64,000 bases of DNA from positions 85,923 through 149,922 of the forward strand of contig JAOZFT010000035.1 in assembly GCA_027492035.1 (NCBI GenBank), written 5' to 3'. Position 1 is the stretch's first letter. Each line of letters begins with the position of its first letter. The notes under the pieces were generated by a model. It made no database searches and was not told the DNA's origin. It was given only the letters and a program-made list of their open reading frames with translations. Shown here in pieces: positions 49,395-59,666 of this stretch. Origin of the DNA: Thermoproteota archaeon (GTDB lineage: Archaea; Korarchaeota; JAOZGF01; JAOZFZ01). Made by a program: the position numbers and the translations under genes.

Positions 49395-49435
49395 ATGAAG
49401 ATACTAGTAGCAACCTAGACCAAAAGTGGTTAGGA
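49395..49435 (+). pseudogene. NifB/NifX-family (FeMo-co binding) N-terminal remnant
   Basis: MKILVAT*TKSG*, in the position where this family usually follows DUF5320 genes. Confidence 0.35.
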
Positions 49436-49685
49436 CTGCCAAAGATGATGAAGCTGCATCTATAGAGACCTCCACGATAAAGCATAGGGTGGAAAAAATC
49501 TTTTAAATCCATAATGTTCAGAGACTTGTGTATCCTCAACATTGAAGTCGTTGAAAGACAATTTAGGGGGATTAATGAAGAGAAGTAATTACAATTACTA
49601 AAACATGTTGTTTAAGCTCCAACACATTTACATTTATATTTGTATAACGTCTTCTATTATTTAGCGCATTTAAAAGTGACATATT

Positions 49686-49797
49686 ATGAGACGAAATTTT
49701 TTCGTTGGTAGAAAGAAGAATTGAAACTTCTGGGAAATCTTTGGAAAGAAAAGGATTTTACACTTGTAATTGTTTATGACAAAAGTGGAAATTAACA
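49686..49797 (+). pseudogene. Archaeal ATPase N-terminal remnant
   Basis: FVGR / EELKLL...LVIVY split by a frameshift; Walker A degraded; truncated. Confidence 0.55.
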
Positions 49798-50219
49798 ATG
49801 ATGTTGAAAGAGATTAAGAAAGCTGTTAGGAAAAGTGGTTTAGAGAGGCATAAAACCATAGATGGGAAATATGGTTGGAAACCTAAATATTCAGGTCGAA
49901 TAGTAGAGGTTCAGATTTGAAGATAGACCCCTTTGATGAAGCTGTTTACAGAAGAAAATTGGCATTGAATTACTTGAACAGGGCTAATAATGCATTTAAA
50001 AACAAAGATTTACCTGGATGCATCTTGTTTTCCCAGTTAACAGTTGAAAACGCAACTAAACTTGCACCTGAATATGGAAGAGCCGCTTATGGAGAACCTG
50101 AGAAAAGATTAACACCTGAAGACATACATGTTTTAAAAGATGCTGAGAAAGCCCTTGAAGAAGCTAAAAAATCCATAAGGGTAATGGAAGAGTTCCTAAA
50201 CCATTGGGAAATAAAATAG
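49798..50219 (+). pseudogene. Decayed MNT-HEPN pair (MNT C-terminal tail plus internally deleted HEPN at 49917-50219)
   Basis: HEPN ...FSQLTVENA joined directly to TKLAPEYGRAAYGEP (middle missing); upstream tail ...KYGWKP overlaps it at TTGA. Confidence 0.55.
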
Positions 50220-50689
50220 GTGACACAAGAATGAATTCTCCTCCGCTCTACCGCGTTGTAATGTGGGTGGATTACGCTTCACTTTTAGCTTGCATCATTT
50301 TCCTTCACAACTACCGGTTTGCTATTCCATATGTTTCGCTCTTAGAAAGTTTTGGAGGAATAATTTCTCTTGTAGGCATTATTTTAATAATCTTGGCCCA
50401 TAATGAACTCCCAAAGGAGCATGGTGAACCGAAAAAGATAACTAAGCTAGCCACGAAGGGTATCTACTCAAAAATTCGACACCCAGTCTATTCTGGGTTC
50501 ATACTTATTAATTTTGGTCTAAGTTTAATTTTCACAAACTATGTAATGTTTGCTTTGTCAATTCTACTAACCCCACTGTGGTATATTGTTAGCAAGTATG
50601 AAGAGAAATTCTTAATGAAAAAATTTGGTAAACAATACATGAACTATGTAAAAAGGGTCAAATGGAGATTTTTTCCAAAAGTATTCTAG
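50204..50689 (+). CDS. Isoprenylcysteine carboxyl methyltransferase / PEMT family membrane protein
   Basis: LATKGIYSKIRHPVYSG and EEKFL.KKFG..Y..Y...V..RFFP motifs. Confidence 0.85.
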   Translation: MGNKIGDTRMNSPPLYRVVMWVDYASLLACIIFLHNYRFAIPYVSLLESFGGIISLVGIILIILAHNELPKEHGEPKKITKLATKGIYSKIRHPVYSGFILINFGLSLIFTNYVMFALSILLTPLWYIVSKYEEKFLMKKFGKQYMNYVKRVKWRFFPKVF

Positions 50690-50797
50690 CTTTTATTTTC
50701 TCTGCTCTTTTTTCCTCTTTACGGAGTCTATGGCTGGTCGAGTGAATTTTTTAAATGTTTTTCATTGATAACTGTGGCATCCCTAGAATGGCATCCC

Positions 50798-50821
50798 CCT
50801 ATTAATAGGCCTATTAATAGG
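50798..50821. repeat. Perfect 24-bp palindrome made of two tandem copies of CCTATTAATAGG
   Basis: CCTATTAATAGGCCTATTAATAGG read directly; upstream of hicB. Confidence 0.85.
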
Positions 50822-50888
50822 AAAAGTAATTAGTAAAATTTTGGAAAGATATTTTAAAACCTTTAAAAACAGAATAGAGAACAGTTAG

Positions 50889-51125
50889 GTGGATACGATG
50901 GAGTTTAATGTCATTATTAAGAGAAGAGAAGGTGATTATTTAATTTCAGAAGGTGCGGAATTGCCAAGTTGTCACGCACAAGCTAAAAATTTAGATGAAC
51001 CTATGAAAAGGACTAAGGAATCAACAGAATTATATTTAGAATGCGGAAAAGAAATACTGAAAGAAAGGTTTGTAGCGCTACAGAAAAACCACGGTAGAAG
51101 AAAGTGTTTAAGCTTCCTTTATTAA
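50889..51125 (+). pseudogene. HicB-family antitoxin (degenerate)
   Basis: ELPSCHAQAKNLDE...RTKES.ELYLE with several non-conservative changes; partner gene disrupted. Confidence 0.7.
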
Positions 51126-51335
51126 CAGGGAAAGAACTGGTAAAACCTTAGGAAAAAAAGGTTTTAGAGTTGTTAGACAGAAAGGAAGTCATGTTTTCTT
51201 AAAGCATCCCGATGGAAGAACCACTGTAGTGCCAGTTCATGCAGGGGGAGGTAATTGACAGAGGGTTGCTCAATAAAATTATAAAAAAGGGTTTGAAAAC
51301 TGAGAGAAAAGAGTTTCTAAAATATCCCCTAAAGC
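51104..51335 (+). pseudogene. HicA-family toxin, frameshifted
   Basis: KLPLLTGKELVK / GFRVVRQKGSHVFLKHPDGRTTVVPVH split over frames. Confidence 0.8.
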
Positions 51336-51611
51336 AAACTGTTGTGCTTGGATACAGAGAACAAAGTGAAAACCTATTTAGAAGTTAAAACCCTTAACTT
51401 CACTCAATTGAAAAAGAGAAAAATATAATGAATAAAAATTTAAAAACTAAACTACTTTCCCCAAAAACTTTAAATAAACCATGAAAAACATCCCTTTTTA
51501 AAAAAGTCACAGTCCCTAAAAAAAGGGAAAATTTATTAAAAGTGGTGAAAAGAGGATAAAGACACGATAGGAGGAATAGTTTTCTTAATATTTTTCTTTC
51601 TGCTTTCCATC

Positions 51612-51809
51612 ATGACTCTCTCATTTCCATACATTCCACCTGGAAACGATCTGCAAAGAATACTTCACATTCCCTACTCAGCTACTCCTGTATGGGGCTA
51701 CTCCACCTGGGTTGTGATAAACGCAATCCTAAACGGCCTGGTTTACGGAGTAACCATGTGGATAGTGTTTTCCATAGCCAAATACATATACGAAAAAAGA
51801 AAAGAATAA
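51612..51809 (+). CDS. Small membrane protein (true start probably upstream or damaged)
   Basis: Frame stays open upstream as DTIGGIVFLIFFFLLSI with no standard start codon; PPG and NGLVYG hydrophobic segments. Confidence 0.45.
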   Translation: MTLSFPYIPPGNDLQRILHIPYSATPVWGYSTWVVINAILNGLVYGVTMWIVFSIAKYIYEKRKE

Positions 51810-51929
51810 AACCAAATACAAGGGAACAAACACCTGGACAAGAAAGGAGTTTTGTAAAACTCCTTAAAATCCTTCTTTTCAACTCTTATCTCCCCCAACT
51901 ATTTTACCTCAGAAGGAAACTGGAAACCT

Positions 51930-52511
51930 AAAAAGTTTGAAGCCATTAAGGAGATTGGAAGAAAGGAAAGAAGAGTAGTTGACGATTTGTTGGCAGAAGT
52001 TTTTGAGGGAGATGGTTAATAGAGCCAGGGAAGAGAATGCTGTGATAGTATTGGGTGATTTGAAAAGGTATAAGAAATCAAAACAAGTATGGCATTTAGA
52101 GAGTTAAACTAGGGAAACACCTGCTTCAATCTTTCTCTTATCCACCACTATAAGGCCTTAACACTTGCAAGGGCTTTTATCCCCAACTCCTTCGCTAAAT
52201 CTGGTGGAATCGTAGAGAAGTAAACTCTAGTACAAATGTCTGGAAAGAGGCATATCCGTCGTTTACATAGATGCCAAACAAACTTCCCAGAAATACTCTC
52301 TGCGAAACCATCGATAAGAGAAACAGGGAAACTCAATTGCTTTTCCGATGTGTTAGCTGCGGCTGCCAGCATAATGCTGATATTGTTGCCTCTTTGAACC
52401 TGTCAAGCTGGCTCACAGGTTCTGGGGAGTGCCAACCCCCTATTGTAGGGATGAATGCTTTGTATGATGATTCACCTACAAGCTCCCGACTTTAGTTATG
52501 GAGTAGCTGAC
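51930..52511 (+). mobile_element. tnpB: Decayed IS200/IS605-family element: tnpB fragments plus right end
   Basis: FEAIKEIGRKERRVVDDLL...AREENAVIVLGDLK; LFRCVSCGCQHNADIVASLNL (Zn ribbon and RuvC-III); 3' hairpin AAGCTCCCGACTTTAGTTATGGAGTAGCTGAC. Confidence 0.75.
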
Positions 52512-52539
52512 TCCTCATCGGAAATATGGGAAACCCTTT

Positions 52540-52995
52540 TACTCAACCTCTTTAGCTTTCCCCTCCACTTCACTGAGCAAACGCTTTCCCGCCATCACTA
52601 AACCCCTCCCTAAAGGCAACTTAATAGCATCCCCCACAACCGACCCAATAAAAACAGGGTTAGGGATTGAATCAGGATTTTTATCTCAGCCTAAGGCTGT
52701 CCCCATGTCTTGTTGCCCTGCCTTCATTCAGTAGTCGAGGTGGTACGGAAGTGGGGGTAACCCCACCTATTACAGCTTTCACGAGTCTCAGTAGGAGGAA
52801 ATATCCTTCCATCAGAACTCCTTTCACCATTAGCCCATGGAAACATTTCCTTTTTCCGTCGAATGCTTCCCTTCCATTGCCTTTACGGTTAAGGGGAATG
52901 ATGGAAGCATTGGAAGGGAAAAAAACCTTACTTAAGGGGGGGGGGGAGTCTTTAAGATTGGGAAATAATTCATTTGAGAAGGGGTACTGCCTCAA
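52540..52995 (-). pseudogene. Unidentified frameshifted gene fragment
   Basis: The 52681-52995 ORF continues in another frame as NPDSIPNPVFIGSVVGDAIKLPLGRGLVMAGKRLLSEVEGKAKEVE*; contains an 11-nt homopolymer. Confidence 0.3.
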
Positions 52996-53269
52996 AGGAA
53001 GGGAAAATAACAGGTTAACAGGAAAATAAAGGAATTAGAGGGGGAATTGAACAGGTTAAGGTGGAAGAGAAAGAATAGAAAAAGGGTTAGTTAAGAGGAT
53101 AAGAGGAAAATATTGATTTAACAACAAAACCATACAGGGGAAATCCACGCTAACGCTCAACATAAACAGATGAACTAAACTCTAAAATTTCTTCTATTGG
53201 CTTCGGTTCAAATCCACGAAGCTTTGTTCCAGTGAAAATTGCTCACACCACAACAGTTAAGAAAAGTCA

Positions 53270-53626
53270 TTATATAAATCTGAATTCCCCCCTTTTCATA
53301 TCAAGCAGTACACCTAACTTCTCAAGCGTTGAGATCCCTGCTAATGGTTCATCTTGTCCCGGCAAAATCACGGCTTCAACCTCTTCACTCCTTTCCTCAC
53401 CCGTCTCTTCGTCCCTAACTTTAATTTTAACAAGGCAAAGCTCCCCTCTTACAGTGCCTCCCCCTCCAACCCTAAGTTTGATTTCCCTCCCAAGCCTTCT
53501 GGGGCCTATTTTATCTGCTAACTCTTCAGGGAGTATCGTGTAATCTGAACCTGAGTTTGCAAGCATAATTACTTCTTTAACGCCTTTTATACCTCTCAGC
53601 TCAGCTGGAATCAAGACTTCAGGCAC
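53270..53626 (-). CDS. Clan AA retropepsin-like aspartyl protease (catalytic Asp replaced by Asn)
   Basis: LANSGSDYTILP where D[ST]G is expected; EPLAGISTLEKLG flap/helix motif. Confidence 0.75.
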   Translation of the reverse strand: MPEVLIPAELRGIKGVKEVIMLANSGSDYTILPEELADKIGPRRLGREIKLRVGGGGTVRGELCLVKIKVRDEETGEERSEEVEAVILPGQDEPLAGISTLEKLGVLLDMKRGEFRFI

Positions 53627-54409
53627 ATCCTTTCCCTCAACCTTTTCAGCGAGGACTCGCTGAAACAGAAACCCACCCTCTTAACTTTCCTAAAATACCC
53701 TATTCTCGGCATAGTCTTCTTCATATTAACCAAACATAACAATAACTAAAGGAATAATTAAATGTAACGGTCAACAAGAGAAACATGTAAATGTAACACC
53801 CTCTCAACTACTGATAGCTTCCGTCATCACCCATTCTTTAAATACATTTAACAATGTATTTAATGCCTTCTTCAAACTTATATTCAGGTTTCCAACCTAA
53901 TTCACGTTTAATCTTAGAAGAGTCTAAACTATACTTTAAACTAACAGATTTACAATTAATGGGCCCTATGCTTTAAGTAACACTCTATAAAATTCTTTAA
54001 CACGTTTCTCCATGTTCACAAGATACTCAATAAGTGAGAGAGAACACAGTCCACTGAACCTCCACGAAGAGGGGGACGATGAACGTCTTCTACATATTCC
54101 TTACACACATACTATAGCCAAGTAGGGATCCTTAGGAATAAGAAGAGAAACAATTACCTATCAAGTTCCCAACTCGATTTAGTAACTTTACCTGGTGAAG
54201 CGAGACACAACTAGTTTACCAAGCCTAGGGTTCACTAAAAACCTCACAAAGTTAAGGCTAGTTGCCCTCATTAACGAATCAAAAAACTTGGTGGCTAGCA
54301 ACTTCGACCAGGTTGGAGGGGAAATTTTACATGAAGCCTCAGTTAAACCCGATTCAATTCTTCAAGATAGCTTAAGTCTTCATTTTCTGCAATCCAACAA
54401 CTCTCTGCT

Positions 54410-54575
54410 TTAAAATCTCCCCTTTCTCCTCCTTCGTCAAAGTTTCTAAGTAAAGCTCAATAGCCTCCTTAACGTTACTCATAAACCCCTCTAAATCATC
54501 TCCCTAAGTATGACAGCCGGCAGAGCAGGCACGAAAGCTATATAGCCGCCAGTTTTATCCTCAAGGTAAATTTTT
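54410..54575 (-). pseudogene. HicB-family antitoxin pseudogene
   Basis: GGYIAFVPAL / GCHT*GDDLE...NVKEAIELYLE with a frameshift and a stop. Confidence 0.75.
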
Positions 54576-55031
54576 AACTTATTATTTCCCCTACACATAA
54601 CTCACTGTATATTAAGCTTAATAAAGTGTAGAAACTTACCTAAACCACTCCTCCCTACTATATAGATACCCGATCAACATTGGACATTATAGAGAGAAGC
54701 ACCTCCAAAACATAAGCGATAACACTTTATCTCTACAGGTGGCAATCGTTACAACACAATCATAGCCCTTATCCTCACACTTGTCTAGAATTACGGAGAG
54801 AATAGATTCATAGCCTATTTAAGAAACTCTTTACAGGATCATCTGAAGGCGAATCTCCACAATGATCATTTCATGTTTAATTACATAGAATATTTCTGAT
54901 ACACTTGACAGAAGGTCTCGCTGAAGGAGACTTACACCCTGGATGGGTTGGGATTGAGTCTGGTTGATGAAAATGAGGCGAGAAAACCATCCACTATAAA
55001 AATAACAAAATATCACGAAAGTAGCGGGGAG

Positions 55032-55358
55032 TCAGGACAACATTTTCAATTTAAGAGAAGAAACTTCAGCTATATCCTTAAAATCTTTGTCATCGGTTAT
55101 CAGCTCCTCACCATTATTAATCGCTATAGAAGCTATCAATATATCTGCAAACCCTTTCATCCTACCCTTCAGCATAAGTCTCCTCTGGATATCATAAGCT
55201 AAGAAATAATCCTTCACAGTGGGAAATATAACGTCACCTTTAAACCCTGCGTACTCCATTACAGATGGATATTCAATGAGTGTGATAATGGTTATGGATT
55301 CCTCTACGGTACCCCTCCTCCTAATTCTACTGATAACTAGGTTTGTATCAAGGATCAT
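55032..55358 (-). CDS. vapC: VapC / PIN-domain toxin
   Basis: MILDTN, TLIEY, DILIASIA and LITDDKDF motifs. Confidence 0.88.
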   Translation of the reverse strand: MILDTNLVISRIRRRGTVEESITIITLIEYPSVMEYAGFKGDVIFPTVKDYFLAYDIQRRLMLKGRMKGFADILIASIAINNGEELITDDKDFKDIAEVSSLKLKMLS

Positions 55359-55624
55359 CGGCTAAATACCCTCTTACGCCTCGAATCCAGTATCCTTCTC
55401 CCCAAACCCTCTGGAACCTCGATATTATATCTAAGCTTCTTAATATCCAACTTCTCCCTTAATTCATCAGCTGAAAACCTATAGGAACCCTTCATCATAT
55501 ACTCCATTAAAGCCTTCTCAATCTCATCACTCAACCGCCTAGTAGAGCCATGAAGACCTACAACAAACTTGATCCACCTGCTCCATAACTCAGTATCTAT
55601 CACTATAGAGGTCTTCCTCTTCAA
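55355..55624 (-). CDS. Putative RHH antitoxin (VapB-like)
   Basis: KTSIVIDTELW RHH-like N-terminus; 4-nt overlap with the PIN gene. Confidence 0.65.
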   Translation of the reverse strand: MKRKTSIVIDTELWSRWIKFVVGLHGSTRRLSDEIEKALMEYMMKGSYRFSADELREKLDIKKLRYNIEVPEGLGRRILDSRRKRVFSR

Positions 55625-55869
55625 AAATGGACACCGTAAAATAGGGTATACAAATAGGCATATAAAGTTAACGGTATATAATCCCTATTAACTAACTTCG
55701 TAAAAGAATAATAAAAACAATGCGGGAACTGATATATAAATTCATAAAACCCGAATGGAAATTATGGAGATAATCTCAACCTCACAGAAATAATGTCTAT
55801 ATACCCAGGTAAGAAGAGAACTAACTAAACCACTCTCTATATTTTCCATGTCAACAAATCACAGAAACA

Positions 55870-56118
55870 TTGAAGCCTTGTTTAACAAGCTCACATCAAA
55901 CAACACGGACTAACTTACCCCTGATACCTCAGGTCCTCGGGATAACAAGTAAGCATGCACACATGGACTTGAAAAAACTTGTAAACATGGGCTACATCAC
56001 TAAAAGGACGACTTCTAGGGTAGATACACCTATCAAATCACTTACACAGGGGGCTAAGTATCTGGCTAGAAGAGGGATCATAAATTTAACCTATTACCAA
56101 CCAGAACCATATATGTGA
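55870..56118 (+). CDS. Winged-helix domain protein or fragment
   Basis: LGITSKHAHMDLKKLVNMGYI...LT.GAKYL pattern. Confidence 0.4.
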   Translation: MKPCLTSSHQTTRTNLPLIPQVLGITSKHAHMDLKKLVNMGYITKRTTSRVDTPIKSLTQGAKYLARRGIINLTYYQPEPYM

Positions 56119-56469
56119 AGGAAAATCCATGCCGCGCCTACTTCCCCCAGAGAAAGAAAGGTTTTTCCGTAAGAGAAACCGATTTACCATTTAAAAACCC
56201 TCAAGACAATCATTACGGAGAAATGGAACAGTTTCGCTAAGCCATTGGATTATATGAAGTTAAAGCCACGTACCTTCTCCAAAATATAGATCATAATACG
56301 GCGAAATCTCACTTATCATCTTAAAAAAATTAAACCCTGAATACGTCTTTATCGATTTACCTTCACCATTTTCAAGTATCCGTGAACAATCAAACTTCAT
56401 CTTAGGAAACTTCATAAAGAAAAAGAATTCCTTTAAGGTTTTAAGTATATTGGGCAATGTTGCCTGAGC

Positions 56470-56899
56470 CAATTTGTCACGTATAATCTTAGACCCTAAC
56501 AGCCACATCCACTTCGACTTGGCTGGGATAACCGTAAACAACCCCCTTTTCATCGAATACGCCCATCTCTTTATTTCTAATCCCAGTTCCTCTTCAATAA
56601 CCCTTTTCAACTCCTCTCTGAAGGCTTCTTCGCTCATCAAACCCCATCTTGCCCTCAAAGCGTCAATATGTCTCCTTAATAAGTCAAAACCCCTATATGT
56701 ATCTCCCCTGAGTTTATTCATCTCCCCTCTAAGACTATTCATATCCTCTCTAAGTTTGATGAGTTGTTATTTCATGTTTATCCAGTCTTTCAAGGATTTC
56801 TTTTAAGCCTATGTAACCTGCAACCGTGTATCTAAACTCTTTGTCTTTCTCTAAAAACCTAAGAAATTCTCGTTTAAGACTCAGACCCTCTACACCCAT
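56470..56899 (-). pseudogene. DUF3782-like coiled-coil / PD-(D/E)XK protein pseudogene
   Basis: LKREFLRFLEKDKEFRYTVAGYIGL..., heptads LREDMNS/LRGEMNK, ARWGLMSEEAFRE; several frameshifts. Confidence 0.65.
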
Positions 56900-56984
56900 T
56901 AACCAAGTAAGAAGTTGTTTTAGAGGAAGCTGTTGCCTTTCCTCATTACTTTTTATTGCTAAGGTAATTTAAAATTGTGTTAAG

Positions 56985-57350
56985 CCGATCTCCAGCACAC
57001 CCAGCTCCTTTGCCATTTTCATTGTCTCAGACTTATCGTGAGCCCTCACCAACACACCGTAAGGTGGCACAGCCACCTTCAAGTGTTTTTGAACCAATTT
57101 TAGGTGGAAGGAAAACGGAACAACGGCCTTAACTCCTACGGGGATGGCGTAGCCATACCTACCCCTCTATGCAATTCTTATCACGTCGGCGATGAAAGCT
57201 GCTGGGTTATCAGTTGGAGACGTATACCTAAACCGTCCCTTGCAATACCTAGAGAAAAACGCAGCAGCGTACTTCTTGTCATTCGCCAGCATACAGTTAA
57301 ACCCTTCCCGCCCCAAACTGCGGGTTATCGCCAGGCTATTATCTCACTGA
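56985..57350 (-). pseudogene. ATP-grasp domain protein N-terminal pseudogene
   Basis: NSLAITRS / LGREG...AFFSRYC...YTSP...AIPVG...AHDKSETMKMAKELGV with a frameshift and an internal TAG; truncated. Confidence 0.6.
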
Positions 57351-57468
57351 AGAGAATGATTAATAAACTTTTCGGAGAGATTTTTTATGGCTTTAAACGT
57401 CCTCATAACCGAGGCCTCTTTTAGATCATCATTAGGTTGTTTAAGGAAAGTTGACCGTGCGCCAATAC

Positions 57469-58521
57469 TCAAGTTGTCTCTATCCAGCTTTCCAATACTT
57501 CCTTAATCTCTTCTTTATTCATTAGAAGGTTTTTATCACCAGATGAGAACCTTCTAACCTCGGACTGCCTAAAACCTAGTTTCATGAATTTAATATATTC
57601 ATTGTATTTTGATAATTCATCCTCTTCAGCAAAGATCATGGGGAGGCGTACAAAGAGAATCTCGTTTTCTAACAGTAGCCCGGTCTCATTTTTAGAGATA
57701 AGATCCTCATGAAACTTTTCCCCTATTCTCATTCCTATTATTTCATAGTAATCAGGCTGATAACCCATTAATTCTAAGAAAACCTCCGCTAGATCACCTA
57801 TCCTTACTGATCGCATCTTTAAGATGAATATTTCACCATTTTCAGCATAATATGACGCATTAAATATCAGCCTGATGCTTTCAGGAATGCTCATGAAGAA
57901 CCTCGTCATCTTCGGATTGGTAACCGTTATCTTTTTTCCCTCTTTTAACTGTCTTTCCCATATCCTAAGCACTGAACCTCTAGATGCAAGAACATTTCCG
58001 AACCGTACGACACCTGTTCTCATCATATTATCCCTATTACCTTGGTAATACATAGCGGAGACAAGCCTCTCAGCTAACAGTTTAGTTGCACCCAATACGT
58101 TTGTTGGATCTACAGCTTTATCTGTGGATATAAGAATCATTTTCTCTACCCTCCGCTTTAGAGCGCACTCTATGACGTTCTGTGTTCCTATTACGTTTGT
58201 CTTTATTGCCTCGAAGGGGTTATACTCACATACCGTAACGTGCTTTAGTGCAGCAGTATGAAATACAACATCCACTCCATCCATTAGTTGAAACAGCTGC
58301 TCTTTTTCTCTTATATCTCCGAAAAAAAATCTCATATTAGGGATATTACAATTCCTCATGGCATCGGATAACTCTGTCTCTCTGTTGTCAAGTATCCTTA
58401 TTTCCTTAGGATTATAGAGCAGTAATTGTTTGGAGAGCTCCGAACCTATGCTACCTAACCCGCCAGTTACTAATATTACTTTATCCTCAAAAAGGTCCCT
58501 TACTTGGTTATCTTTCGGCAT
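57469..58521 (-). CDS. Nucleotide-sugar 4,6-dehydratase (CapD/PseB family)
   Basis: TGGLGSIG, AALKHV, STDKA, RFGNV, MTRF and GEKFHE motifs. Confidence 0.9.
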   Translation of the reverse strand: MPKDNQVRDLFEDKVILVTGGLGSIGSELSKQLLLYNPKEIRILDNRETELSDAMRNCNIPNMRFFFGDIREKEQLFQLMDGVDVVFHTAALKHVTVCEYNPFEAIKTNVIGTQNVIECALKRRVEKMILISTDKAVDPTNVLGATKLLAERLVSAMYYQGNRDNMMRTGVVRFGNVLASRGSVLRIWERQLKEGKKITVTNPKMTRFFMSIPESIRLIFNASYYAENGEIFILKMRSVRIGDLAEVFLELMGYQPDYYEIIGMRIGEKFHEDLISKNETGLLLENEILFVRLPMIFAEEDELSKYNEYIKFMKLGFRQSEVRRFSSGDKNLLMNKEEIKEVLESWIETT

Positions 58522-58525
58522 CTTA

Positions 58526-59659
58526 TCAACCTCGTAGAATCTCCTTTATGGTTCTAACAATATACTCTAACTGATTCTCCTTTAACTGGGGGTATATTGG
58601 TAGTGAAACTATTTTTTCGTAAACTCTTTCGGCAATTGGAAAGGCTCCCTTTCTATACCCATATGCCCTTTGATAGTAAGGCATTAGATGCAAGGGAATG
58701 AAGTGTACACTTGTGCCGATTCCTCTCTTAGCCATTTCGGATATAAACCCGTCCCGGCTGTAATTGGTCAATCTTATTGGGTATAAGTGATAAGATGATT
58801 TTACCTTATCGCTTACATATGGCAGTATTACGTCTAACTTTTCGAGATTATCACTATAATACTCTGCAATTTCTCTTCTTTTTTCATTCATCCAATCTAG
58901 TTTTTTTAGCTGCTCAATACCGATTGCAGATATAATATCAGTAGGATTGCATTTATAACCAGCTTCAAGAACCTCATAGTACCATCTGTTCATATCTAAG
59001 TATCTTCTCCAAGCATCTCTGCTTATTCCATGCAGTCTAAGTAGCCTTAATCTTTCACTAAGGTGGTCATCATTTAATACTACTGCCCCTCCCTCTCCAG
59101 TAGTCATAGGTTTCGTTGGATAGAAACTGAAACATGTTAGATTACCCAAAGATCCGACTTTCTTCCTGTTTTCATACTCACTACCCATTGCATGGGCAGC
59201 ATCTTCTATTACCGCTAGATTGTACTTCTTTGCAAGGTTAAGGATGCCTCTCATGTTTACTGGTTGACCACCATAATGAACGACTATTACCGCTCTTGTC
59301 TTATCTGTAATCTTCTCTTCTATTTTGTTTATATCGATGTTATATGTTAACTCATCAATATCAACAAATACAGGTTTAGCGTTACAGTGAGCTATAACAT
59401 TGGCTGTCGAAGCAAACGTAAAGGTCGTCGTTATTACCTCATCCCCTGCCTTTATACCAAGAGCCTTTAATGATAGGAACAAAGCTGAAGTGCAAGAGTC
59501 TGTAACTATTGCATGTTTACATCCGATATATTTGGCGATCATTTTCTCGAATTCCAGCGTTTTTGGCCCCATTGACAGCCAATTAGACTTTAAAACCCCT
59601 ACTACGGCCTCTATCTCATCTTGTGTTATATATGGAAGAGCGAATGGAATCTGCATCAT
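58526..59659 (-). CDS. DegT/DnrJ/EryC1/StrS sugar aminotransferase
   Basis: SCTSAL, EDAAHA and FSFYPTKPMTTGEGG motifs. Confidence 0.93.
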   Translation of the reverse strand: MMQIPFALPYITQDEIEAVVGVLKSNWLSMGPKTLEFEKMIAKYIGCKHAIVTDSCTSALFLSLKALGIKAGDEVITTTFTFASTANVIAHCNAKPVFVDIDELTYNIDINKIEEKITDKTRAVIVVHYGGQPVNMRGILNLAKKYNLAVIEDAAHAMGSEYENRKKVGSLGNLTCFSFYPTKPMTTGEGGAVVLNDDHLSERLRLLRLHGISRDAWRRYLDMNRWYYEVLEAGYKCNPTDIISAIGIEQLKKLDWMNEKRREIAEYYSDNLEKLDVILPYVSDKVKSSYHLYPIRLTNYSRDGFISEMAKRGIGTSVHFIPLHLMPYYQRAYGYRKGAFPIAERVYEKIVSLPIYPQLKENQLEYIVRTIKEILRG

Positions 59660-59666
59660 ACCTGAT

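Noticed and set aside
54948-55202. 84-aa plus-strand ORF; also 54195-54413 and 52667-53029
   Set aside because: Antisense to vapC or to pseudogene fragments; no recognisable motifs.
57104-57424. 106-aa plus-strand ORF
   Set aside because: Better explained as the antisense shadow of the minus-strand ATP-grasp pseudogene.
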